A DNA stretch of 64,000 bases from an uncultured virus (IMG/VR IMGVR_UViG_3300025129_000011) (Duplodnaviria; Heunggongvirae; Uroviricota; Caudoviricetes). Where the stretch lies: the IMG/VR virus record IMGVR_UViG_3300025129_000011. One strand, 5' to 3'. Under the pieces are notes generated by a model. That model saw only the letters and a list, made by a program, of their open reading frames with translations. It made no database searches and had not been told where the DNA came from. A program made the position numbers and the translations under genes. This document shows, one piece after another, positions 20,810 to 29,460 of this stretch. The first letter of the stretch is position 1, and each line of letters starts with the position of its first letter.

Positions 20810-23230
20810 ATGAGTTCTAACAACAGAGTATTCGTAAGCCCAGGAGTTTACACTTCAGAGAAAGATTTATCATTTGTAACACGTCAAGTTGGTGTAACAA
20901 CATTAGGTTTGGTAGGTGAGACAACAAAAGGTCCAGCTTTCCAACCAATTTTTGTTTCTGACTTTAACGAGTTCAAAGCGTTTTTCGGTGGTCTTAACGC
21001 AACAAAAGTAGCCAGCACAGGTTACCCAAAATATGAATTGCCATATATCGCAAAATCATATTTCACAAAATCAAACCAACTGTATGTGACTAGAGTTTTA
21101 GGATTTTCAGGCTATGATGCTGGACAATCTTGGGCGATAACAGCTGATAATAACCAAGTGGTTGCGCTTTTAAGAAGTAGAGCCGCTTATGATGGTACTG
21201 AAACATTAACATTCCAAACTACCGCATTAGGAATGGTTGATAGTTTAAGTGCGTTGACTGCTGATGCTAAGGCTGAGTTTACTCTTAGTGGGGCTTCAAC
21301 AACAAGTACTGGATTTACATACAACGTTTCTTTTGATTCAACCAAAAAGAATTTCATTACTAGAGTATTAGGTACTAACGCTGAAACAGGTCAAGCACCT
21401 ATTTATGTTGAGGAAATTTATTCAAAGATGTTAGAAAATTTAATTTCTACTTCAGGTGTGACTGGATTAACTGTTGGGTTAATTGATAATGCGTCTATAT
21501 TTTCAGATTATAAAACTGAATATTTACCAGCTGTAACACCATGGGTAGTTTCAGAGGTTAACGGTAACGTTATTAAAAAATTATTTAGATTAGTTACAAT
21601 ATCTGATGGTAATACTGCAAACTCTGAAATTAAGGTTTCAATTGAAAATATTAAACCTGATGATAGAGAATTCGATGTTAGAATTAGGGCTTTTTATGAT
21701 ACTGATGCAAACCCTGTTACATTAGAAAGATTTTCAAGATGTACTATGGACCCAACTTCAGATAACTTCGTTGCTAGAAGAATTGGTACTTTAGATGGTT
21801 TTTATGCATCTAACTCAAATTATGTATTACTTGAATTGGATGAAGATGAAGATACTACAACTTCTTTCCCAGCTGGTTTTACAGGTGTTCCATCAAGAAT
21901 TTATAGTGGTGTTGATGCACCTTCAATTGGGTATAACCAATCTTACGCTGCATATTCTAAAATTAGAAAAATTTATTTAGGTTTATCTGATACTGTTGGT
22001 ATTGACCAAAATTTCTTTAATTACTTAGGTACTGATTTAACAGTAACAAGTGGTGTTACTGATGGATTCCACATGGATAGCGGTGCAACTAACAGTATGT
22101 TAGCTGGATACACCTTTGTTAATGGTGATTCTGAACTTAGAGATGATGCTGGAATAGTTGGTACTAGCTACGAAAAGATATATTCTCGTAAATTCACAAT
22201 GGCACCTTACGGTGGTTTTGATGGGTGGGATATCTTTAGAAATAGTGAAAGAACAAACACTGACACATTCAAAATTGGTGGAGCTAAAAGTAGTTTAGCT
22301 ATAACAAGTACTGCAATTGAAACTAAAGTTGTGAGTAACGGTGATTTAGGAACAACTTCCGATTATTACGCTTATTTTGAAGCTATAAACACATTCAATA
22401 ACCCTGAAGCTATTAACATTAATGTGTTAGCAACACCAGGTATTGATGTATTTAATCAAACAAATTTAGTTGAAGCTACAATTGAAATGGTTGAAGAGCA
22501 AAGATGTGATTCAATTTATATTGTAACTACACCAGATAGAAATGCTGGTACTGAAGATATCTTAGATGTTGATGATGTAGTTTCTACATTGGATAATACA
22601 GGAATCGATAGTAACTATACTGCAACATACTGGCCTTGGGTGCAAGTATCTGATACAGATAACAACGTATTACTTTACTTACCGCCTACAAGAGATGTGT
22701 GTAGAAATATCGCATTAACTGATAATGTATCATTCCCATGGTTTGCTGTGGCGGGTGTTCAAAGAGGTGTTGTGCAAGCGATTAAAGCAAGAAAAAAATT
22801 AACTCTAGATGAAAGAGATACATTGTATGAAGGTAGAATTAACCCAATTGCAACATTCGCTTCTGAAGGACTTGTTATATTTGGTAATAAAAACTTACAA
22901 ACTAAAGATTCTGCATTAAACAGACTTAACGTAAGAAGGTTATTATTACAAGCAAGAAAATTAATATCTGCTGTATCAATAAGATTATTATTCGAACAAA
23001 ACGATGAAGTAGTAAGAAATCAATTCAAAACATTGGTTAACCCAATTCTTGAAAACATTAGAAGTGAAAGAGGTCTTACAGATTTCCGTGTAGAAGTTGA
23101 TAACACACCTGAATCAATTGATAGAGGTGAATTAAATGGTAGAATTTTAATAAAACCAACTAGAGCTTTAGAGTTCATCACAGTTGAATTTGTGGTAATG
23201 AATACTGGTGCTTCATTCGAGGACATATAA
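20810..23230 (+). CDS. Tail sheath protein (gp18-like)
   Basis: FVSPGVYTSEKD, GETTKGP, PWFAVAGVQRG, RINPI, LNVRRLL, IKPTRALEFI. Confidence 0.96.
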   Translation: MSSNNRVFVSPGVYTSEKDLSFVTRQVGVTTLGLVGETTKGPAFQPIFVSDFNEFKAFFGGLNATKVASTGYPKYELPYIAKSYFTKSNQLYVTRVLGFSGYDAGQSWAITADNNQVVALLRSRAAYDGTETLTFQTTALGMVDSLSALTADAKAEFTLSGASTTSTGFTYNVSFDSTKKNFITRVLGTNAETGQAPIYVEEIYSKMLENLISTSGVTGLTVGLIDNASIFSDYKTEYLPAVTPWVVSEVNGNVIKKLFRLVTISDGNTANSEIKVSIENIKPDDREFDVRIRAFYDTDANPVTLERFSRCTMDPTSDNFVARRIGTLDGFYASNSNYVLLELDEDEDTTTSFPAGFTGVPSRIYSGVDAPSIGYNQSYAAYSKIRKIYLGLSDTVGIDQNFFNYLGTDLTVTSGVTDGFHMDSGATNSMLAGYTFVNGDSELRDDAGIVGTSYEKIYSRKFTMAPYGGFDGWDIFRNSERTNTDTFKIGGAKSSLAITSTAIETKVVSNGDLGTTSDYYAYFEAINTFNNPEAININVLATPGIDVFNQTNLVEATIEMVEEQRCDSIYIVTTPDRNAGTEDILDVDDVVSTLDNTGIDSNYTATYWPWVQVSDTDNNVLLYLPPTRDVCRNIALTDNVSFPWFAVAGVQRGVVQAIKARKKLTLDERDTLYEGRINPIATFASEGLVIFGNKNLQTKDSALNRLNVRRLLLQARKLISAVSIRLLFEQNDEVVRNQFKTLVNPILENIRSERGLTDFRVEVDNTPESIDRGELNGRILIKPTRALEFITVEFVVMNTGASFEDI

Positions 23231-23244
23231 AGTATTAATATAAT

Positions 23245-23280
23245 AAAAAACTCCTTAATGATTTATTAAGGAGTTTTTTT
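23245..23280. terminator. Bidirectional terminator between the sheath gene and the convergent endonuclease gene
   Basis: 15-bp perfect stem aaaaaactccttaat/attaaggagtttttt. Confidence 0.85.
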
Positions 23281-24906
23281 ATATGTAATAGTTCCACAAT
23301 CATAAATTCTATTAAAACCCCTATTACTCATTATCTCACATTCAGTTAGATTTCCATCAAAACCTTCTTTAATTAATTTATCTTTTCTAAAACCAAATCT
23401 ATGTTTACGATTTTTATTAATAACATACCAATAATTAGGTTTGTTGATTCTAATTTCTTCAAAACCTAATGTTTTATATAATCCACCATCACTCCATCTT
23501 CTATCTGCATAACTAACAATTTCTTTCGGCCTATTTTCACGTATGAAATGTTTTAAAAGTTTTGATGCACCACCAATAACATTTGTGTTTAATTTATTAC
23601 AAAATCTAGACAATTCAAAATCATATTTTTGTTGTCCAATACCCAATCTAGGTTTATTAAATAACATAATACTAACCAATTCACCCTTATAACGCAATCC
23701 AATGTGATGCGTTGCATTTATACCACCTTGTAGGTGATTATCATTAAGAAATTTAATACTCTCTGAGTTACTTATATTATCTATAATACACTCTCTACCA
23801 TAAATTCTATTTTCAGTTAGATTTAATAGATTTTTTAATCTTGATTTAACAATTTCTGGTGTGTTAACCCATTCATCTTCAAAAATATGGATTAATTGAA
23901 TACCTTGTTTATCACATAATTGGGTTTTATTTAAATGATAATCTTTATTTAAAAATTCTTCAGAATGCCAATATAATCCATCAAACTCGATTGCTATTTT
24001 CTTAGATGGTATGTATATATCTAATTCTTTACCTAATATTATTGACCTATTAGATGTAATTGTGTCAACACCTAACGAATTAATGAATTTATTAATTTCA
24101 ATTTCTTGGTTGGATATAATTGAGACACATTTAGCACAACCATGTCCACTTAAATGGTCATAAGGTAATTGCTCAAAATCACCATGCTTGGGGCATGTAA
24201 TATTGTATTTATTAACCATATTAACATAATCACCAGACTTGTAAGTGTATTTATTATTATGAACAAGATTAGCTTTTATTATGAATTCTGTGTTTGATAA
24301 AGTTAATTTAACTTTTGTAGATTCAATACCACAACTAGGGCAGCCTTTACCTCTAATATGATTATAAGGTTGTTGTTTAAATTCACCATGAATTGGACAT
24401 ATAATTGTAACTTTTGTTTTTGAATCTACATAATTAACTTTGATGTAATCATATTTATTACCATGGGTATTTTCAGATTTAATTAAAAAATCAGTTAATG
24501 TTTCTTTTATATTTTTACGTTCTAAATGACATTTTTGACAACCCGATTTATAATGACCATTTGGTAATTGTTCAAAATCACCATGTTTGGGGCATGTTAT
24601 TATTAATTTATTTTCAGAACCGTTATACACTGTTTTAGAATAATTATATTTATTACCATGAGTGTTTTTAGCTTTAATTAAAAACTCATCTAAATTAGTA
24701 ACTTTACCACCACATAAAACACATTTTTTATAACCTCTTAAATGTTCAATAGGTGTTTGTTTAAAATAAATTAAATGTTCATTACATAGGATATCTATTG
24801 GTGTTTGACTATCTAGGTAATTCATTTTTGAATAATCGAATTTATTTTTGAATTTATTTTTAACCTTTTCTAAAAATTTATCAACCTTTTTAATATTTTT
24901 TTTCAT
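23266..24906 (-). CDS. Free-standing putative homing endonuclease (CPKHG zinc-finger repeats, Hef/PD-(D/E)XK-like nuclease)
   Basis: Repeated HGNKY.YSK..Y..IICPKHG.F.Q..H..G.GC units; ELDIYIP..AIEFDGLYWH..LIHIFEDEW. Confidence 0.8.
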   Translation of the reverse strand: MKKNIKKVDKFLEKVKNKFKNKFDYSKMNYLDSQTPIDILCNEHLIYFKQTPIEHLRGYKKCVLCGGKVTNLDEFLIKAKNTHGNKYNYSKTVYNGSENKLIITCPKHGDFEQLPNGHYKSGCQKCHLERKNIKETLTDFLIKSENTHGNKYDYIKVNYVDSKTKVTIICPIHGEFKQQPYNHIRGKGCPSCGIESTKVKLTLSNTEFIIKANLVHNNKYTYKSGDYVNMVNKYNITCPKHGDFEQLPYDHLSGHGCAKCVSIISNQEIEINKFINSLGVDTITSNRSIILGKELDIYIPSKKIAIEFDGLYWHSEEFLNKDYHLNKTQLCDKQGIQLIHIFEDEWVNTPEIVKSRLKNLLNLTENRIYGRECIIDNISNSESIKFLNDNHLQGGINATHHIGLRYKGELVSIMLFNKPRLGIGQQKYDFELSRFCNKLNTNVIGGASKLLKHFIRENRPKEIVSYADRRWSDGGLYKTLGFEEIRINKPNYWYVINKNRKHRFGFRKDKLIKEGFDGNLTECEIMSNRGFNRIYDCGTITYKKTP

Positions 24907-24982
24907 TTTTTTTATATTTATTATTAAATAACAATTAGTATTTTACAATGATACTACAAAAAATTTAAAAAAACAAGAAAAT

Positions 24983-25471
24983 ATGTCAGATTTATTGATG
25001 AAAATGCCCGTACCATACGAGCCTAAGAAAAAAAATAGATGGTTAATGAGATTTCCAGCCGAATTAGGTATTCAACAATGGTGGTTGCAATCAGCATCAC
25101 GTCCTTCAATAGAACAAAATGAAGTGGAGATTCCTTTCTTGAATACTTCAACTTGGGTTATTGGTAGATTTACTTGGTCAACAATAGACGTTGTTTTCAG
25201 GGATGCAATTGGACCTTCATCTTCTCAAGCTATTATGGAATGGGTAAGATTACAATCTGAGTCAGTAACTGGAAGACAAGGTTACGCTGCTGGATATAAA
25301 AAAGACGTTGAAATTGAAATGTTAGACCCAACTGGTGTTGTTGTTGAAAAATGGCAATTACAAGGAACGATGTTAACAAATGTTGGTTTTGGTGATTTAG
25401 CAATGGATGATGATGGTATCGCAGATATCACAGCTACATTGAGATTTGACAGAGCAATATTAATATTCTAG
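24983..25471 (+). CDS. Tail tube protein (gp19-like)
   Basis: YEPKKKNRW, ASRPS, GR..W, MEW, EMLDPTG..VEKW.L.G, TLRFD. Confidence 0.92.
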   Translation: MSDLLMKMPVPYEPKKKNRWLMRFPAELGIQQWWLQSASRPSIEQNEVEIPFLNTSTWVIGRFTWSTIDVVFRDAIGPSSSQAIMEWVRLQSESVTGRQGYAAGYKKDVEIEMLDPTGVVVEKWQLQGTMLTNVGFGDLAMDDDGIADITATLRFDRAILIF

Positions 25472-25511
25472 TATCATACTGATTATCAGTTAGTTACAAA
25501 TTAAAAAGTAA

Positions 25512-25663
25512 AATAGCTACGTCAAATATTAGGATTCTAAAATTTCAAATAATGATATACAATATGTCATGTGGTTTGAAATGAAAATAAACGGTTTAGG
25601 ACCGATTATAGTCAAACGGCTATTAAAATCACTTAAGTTTCGCTACCTAAGTGATTTTTTTTT
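25512..25663 (+). ncRNA. Candidate structured RNA ending in an intrinsic terminator
   Basis: Long hairpin 25542-25582, short hairpins 25592-25604 and 25608-25623, terminator 25625-25663. Confidence 0.4.
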
Positions 25664-25685
25664 ATATTTATATTAAACAGATTTT

Positions 25686-26048
25686 ATGAAAATACCAATA
25701 GTTAAATACAGTGATAAATTCTTAGACTCAATTAGTTGGTTTATGAAAATAGGTGGCGTTACTTTATGGCCATATATCGTATTAAGAGAAAGATATAATA
25801 GCTCACAATATTATAAAAATGTGGCTAAAAAAATTATTAATCACGAATCAATTCATATAAAACAACAACAAGAAATGTTAGTGATACCATTTTATTTATG
25901 GTATGGTATTGAATGGTTTATAAAACTTTTTAAATACGGCACAAAGGCGTATAATAACATTTCATTTGAAAGAGAAGCGCATTCTAATGATGATAACCTA
26001 GATTATCTTAATGAAAGAAAATTCTGGGCATGGATTAAATATATATAA
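25686..26048 (+). CDS. Putative zinc metallopeptidase-like protein
   Basis: INHESIH (HExxH) and SFEREA. Confidence 0.6.
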   Translation: MKIPIVKYSDKFLDSISWFMKIGGVTLWPYIVLRERYNSSQYYKNVAKKIINHESIHIKQQQEMLVIPFYLWYGIEWFIKLFKYGTKAYNNISFEREAHSNDDNLDYLNERKFWAWIKYI

Positions 26049-26049
26049 A

Positions 26050-26205
26050 ATGACAAGAAGAAATGATAAAAAATCAGCAATGCGTGAAGCTAATAAGAGG
26101 TTTCAAGAAAGAATGAATGCTCAAAGTTTATATGCTGAAGAAAAAGTAGTTAAATACACTATTGTTCCAGATTTATACCCTCAATTGTCTAAAATCTTAA
26201 AATAA
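26050..26205 (+). CDS. Hypothetical protein
   Basis: ATG follows the preceding stop; TAATG overlap with the next gene. Confidence 0.45.
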   Translation: MTRRNDKKSAMREANKRFQERMNAQSLYAEEKVVKYTIVPDLYPQLSKILK

Positions 26206-26474
26206 TGAAAACAAAATTAAAGATAACCGAAGCACAATTTAAAAGATTAAAAGAAATTTTAATCAAAGAAACTAAATTTAGTTGGGATGGAAGATATGCC
26301 AACGAAGATGTGAACGAAATTATGCTGGGTAATGATATGGAATTACCATTAGAAGAAGATTTAGATGAAACATGTGGTTGTCCACTTAACCAACCAGAAC
26401 CAACAGACGTTAAAAATAGTCAATGGTTTTCAAAAGAAGATGGTGAAAGAACTATCGATAATATCTACAATTAA
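26205..26474 (+). CDS. Hypothetical protein (possible internal head protein)
   Basis: KLKITEAQFKRL N-terminal motif; acidic. Confidence 0.5.
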   Translation: MKTKLKITEAQFKRLKEILIKETKFSWDGRYANEDVNEIMLGNDMELPLEEDLDETCGCPLNQPEPTDVKNSQWFSKEDGERTIDNIYN

Positions 26475-26535
26475 GAAAAAAAACTTTATTTTAAGTATTT
26501 ATAGTATATAATATATTTAAATAAGTTTTTATAAA

Positions 26536-27642
26536 ATGGAAAAACCAAATGTATTCCCAGCATCAAAAATGACTGATGCTATGAAGGAAGCCAATGAAAC
26601 TGGCACAAAAATAGCTCAACAAGCTAAAGAAGAATTAGCTATCATCGAAAAACACAAATCTAAAGGTGAAATGGAGGCTCAAGCTCAAATGAATAAAGAA
26701 AGTCTTGAGCGTTTAGAAGAACAATTAAGATTAAGAGATGAATTAATCGCACAAAGAAAGGCTGAAGCTCAAGGTCTAGAAATTGAAGCACCAATTGATG
26801 TTAAACCTAAAGTAAGTTATTCACAACCTGAAACAAAAGCGCATAAAAAAATTGAATTATCTAATGAAGATAGATATGCGGCTTTAAGTACTCCACAAGA
26901 AGACGTGCCTTATGACCTACTTAAATTACCAAGTGAAGGGTTATTATACAAAAAAGGTAAAAGTGCCTTAAAAGTGGCTTATTTGAATGCTATGGATGAG
27001 AATATCATTACCAACCCAAATCTTTTAAAGTCAGGAAAGTTTTTAGAGATATTAATCAATAGAAAAATATTAGATACTAACATTAGATATAAAGATTTAC
27101 ATGTTGGTGATAGAAATGCAATTATGATTTGGTTACGTTCTACAGGTTTTGGACCAATGTATAAAATTAAATTGAATGACCCTAACGATGATTATAAAGA
27201 ATTTGAGGTTGAACTTGATTTATCTAAATTAGGAATTAAACATTTAGGTGTAAAACCTGATGAAAATGGTCATTTTACATTTAAATTACCTGTTGCTCAA
27301 ACAACAATAAAATTTAGACTATTAAATACTGGTGATGTTGAAGATATTGAAACTCATTTGGATGAAATGTCTAAAGAAATGGGACCTGAATTTACTGACG
27401 CTTCAACATACACACTTTTAAAGCAAGTTGTTGCAGTTGAAGATGATTATGATTCTGAAACAGTTAAAAACTTTGTTGAACAAAAAATGAGACTTGGAGA
27501 TGTGAGAGCATTTAGAAAGTATGTGAACGAAATTGAATCTGGCATTGATATGAATATCACAGTCGAGACTCCTGGGGGTGGGTCCCTTGCCACGTTTCTT
27601 CCCCTTAACTTTTCATTTTTTTGGCCTGACCTTGGAATATAA
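26536..27642 (+). CDS. Baseplate hub assembly/tail chaperone (gp26-like)
   Basis: LPSEG..Y, DENII, GDRNAIMIWLR..GFG..Y, FKLP..IKFRLL, C-terminal FFWP. Confidence 0.75.
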   Translation: MEKPNVFPASKMTDAMKEANETGTKIAQQAKEELAIIEKHKSKGEMEAQAQMNKESLERLEEQLRLRDELIAQRKAEAQGLEIEAPIDVKPKVSYSQPETKAHKKIELSNEDRYAALSTPQEDVPYDLLKLPSEGLLYKKGKSALKVAYLNAMDENIITNPNLLKSGKFLEILINRKILDTNIRYKDLHVGDRNAIMIWLRSTGFGPMYKIKLNDPNDDYKEFEVELDLSKLGIKHLGVKPDENGHFTFKLPVAQTTIKFRLLNTGDVEDIETHLDEMSKEMGPEFTDASTYTLLKQVVAVEDDYDSETVKNFVEQKMRLGDVRAFRKYVNEIESGIDMNITVETPGGGSLATFLPLNFSFFWPDLGI

Positions 27643-27850
27643 GAGGCAGTTATTGGAAGAAATTTATGTTTGTAGACAACATTTAGGGTTTTCTTATGAA
27701 GATTTAATGAGAATGCCAACTTATGAAAGACGATTCTTTATGGTTACGTTACAAAACGAAGCTATTGACGCTGAAGAACGTAGAAGTAGTGGTTCTAGAG
27801 TTACAAAAACAGGTAAATGGTCACAAACTAGGAAATATTCACCTAAATAA
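27616..27850 (+). CDS. Probable frameshift-accessed C-terminal extension of the tail chaperone (gp51/gpT-like)
   Basis: +1 frame ORF (EEIY..HLGFSYEDLMRMPTYERRFF) with no ATG before the conserved part; T7 run at 27616-27622. Confidence 0.6.
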
Positions 27851-27851
27851 G

Positions 27852-27880
27852 AAAAGCCCTTAATTATTAGGGGTTTTTAT
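27852..27880 (+). terminator. Intrinsic terminator
   Basis: aaaagccct..aggggttttt. Confidence 0.6.
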
Positions 27881-28204
27881 AAAACGGAGCATAAAACCCA
27901 CCCACCGTTTTTACGTGGGTGGGATATAAGCGACAAAAAAACTTGACCTTTTAACTATAGAGTTGTATATTTACAAATAATAAGTTATCGATAACCAAGA
28001 TAACCTGTTCTTTGATGTATGATATGTGGTTGGCAAACAAGGTTTTGTTTGCCATAAAATCATGGAAAGCAAATGAAAAGAATTTTCATGTCTGAATGCG
28101 GGACGCATTTCGGACAATAAGCAAAAACAAGTGGAGGTGTTGTCGTTGGGCAAGTCAATGAAACTTGAAGCCCATCCATCACGAAGTGTGGATGGGTAGT
28201 TCAC
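27881..28204 (+). mobile_element. Non-autonomous IS200/IS605-family mini-element, copy 2 (324 bp)
   Basis: Follows TTTAT; same aaaacggagc left end and gggtagttcac right end as copy 1; terminal hairpins differ in sequence but keep pairing. Confidence 0.8.
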
Positions 28205-28231
28205 TAGATATTTATATTAAAACGATTCATT

Positions 28232-29452
28232 ATGAGTGATATGACATACGCATATAAAGTTATGGCTTCATTATTATTAGAAGCTGAACTAAAGGAAGTT
28301 TTACCAAATATACAACAAGAAAGTGTAATTAGATTGGTTTTAAAAGATAAATCTGAAAAAACATTTTTTGTTGAGTCAAATTTAGCTGGTAGAGTTATTA
28401 TGGTTGATAAAAGTGATGGTAAAGAATACACTTTTACCAAAGATGCGATTAGTGATGGTACTTTAACAATTTATAAATATGAAAAAAATTCACCAAGTGG
28501 TGAAGGTGCTAAAATCGTATTGAAAGTTGAAGAGTTTAGTACTGCTAAAAAAGGTGGCGAAATAAAACAAGTAGATATCGTTAAACCTATTGAAGAGAAT
28601 CGTTTAGAGGAAAGAATGAATGAAATGAATGACATTATAAAAACGGCTAAAAAAGGTTCTATAATCAACATTGCTTCAGAAGAAAAAATTGCTGAAAATG
28701 ATGGTATAACAAATAATATTTTTTTAAGAGTTAATGAAATTACCCCTAAAAAATTAAGTTGTACGTTAGAAGATATCAATTCTGATGGTGAAAGTACTAA
28801 AATTAAAACTTTATTAAATACATTTAAAAATAGAAATATATATATCAGCATTAATAGTTTAGTAAAAATTAAAAATAACGATTTAGTGTTAAATCTTTAT
28901 AGGTCAGATAGAATTGTACAAATTACTGGGTTATTAAATATTGAAGTAGGTGGCGGTGGGGTTGATAACGGTGATAGTGATTACACACCAATGAGTAAAC
29001 AAGAATTAATTGATAAAATCAAAAGTAGCCCACATAGTAAAGAATATTTAGAAGCTATGGATAAAACACCTGATTTTTGGGATACATTAATGAATGCATC
29101 ACCAAAAGGTGTTAATCAATTAAACCAAATATTAGATAAAGAGGTAACTAAAAATTCTTATTTAACCGTAGGAAGGCAAATTCAATTCGAAATAATTTCT
29201 GGGTCAGTTATAGTTGACAATAACATTAAATTATTGAATACTGATAAATTTAGAAGTCATAAATACCCTGGTAAAATAGAAAAAGGTAATATTATAATAA
29301 GTGGGCGTAGAAGAAGTACTAATGGACATTGGGAGTTAAAAATTTTAAAAGATTTAGGTGATGGTAATTTTAAAGTTAGGGTAAGTCATTGTGATATGGA
29401 CCTTAATTGTAAAATAGTAGAGGATGAAGGCGCAATAAGAATTGTTGAATAA
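28232..29452 (+). CDS. Hypothetical protein
   Basis: 406-aa ORF with TATTTATA upstream; no recognised motif. Confidence 0.7.
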   Translation: MSDMTYAYKVMASLLLEAELKEVLPNIQQESVIRLVLKDKSEKTFFVESNLAGRVIMVDKSDGKEYTFTKDAISDGTLTIYKYEKNSPSGEGAKIVLKVEEFSTAKKGGEIKQVDIVKPIEENRLEERMNEMNDIIKTAKKGSIINIASEEKIAENDGITNNIFLRVNEITPKKLSCTLEDINSDGESTKIKTLLNTFKNRNIYISINSLVKIKNNDLVLNLYRSDRIVQITGLLNIEVGGGGVDNGDSDYTPMSKQELIDKIKSSPHSKEYLEAMDKTPDFWDTLMNASPKGVNQLNQILDKEVTKNSYLTVGRQIQFEIISGSVIVDNNIKLLNTDKFRSHKYPGKIEKGNIIISGRRRSTNGHWELKILKDLGDGNFKVRVSHCDMDLNCKIVEDEGAIRIVE

Positions 29453-29460
29453 TATAAATA

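Noticed and set aside
27971..28440. Minus-strand ORFs 27971-28204 and 28204-28440
   Set aside because: Shadows of the IS remnant and of the plus-strand gene
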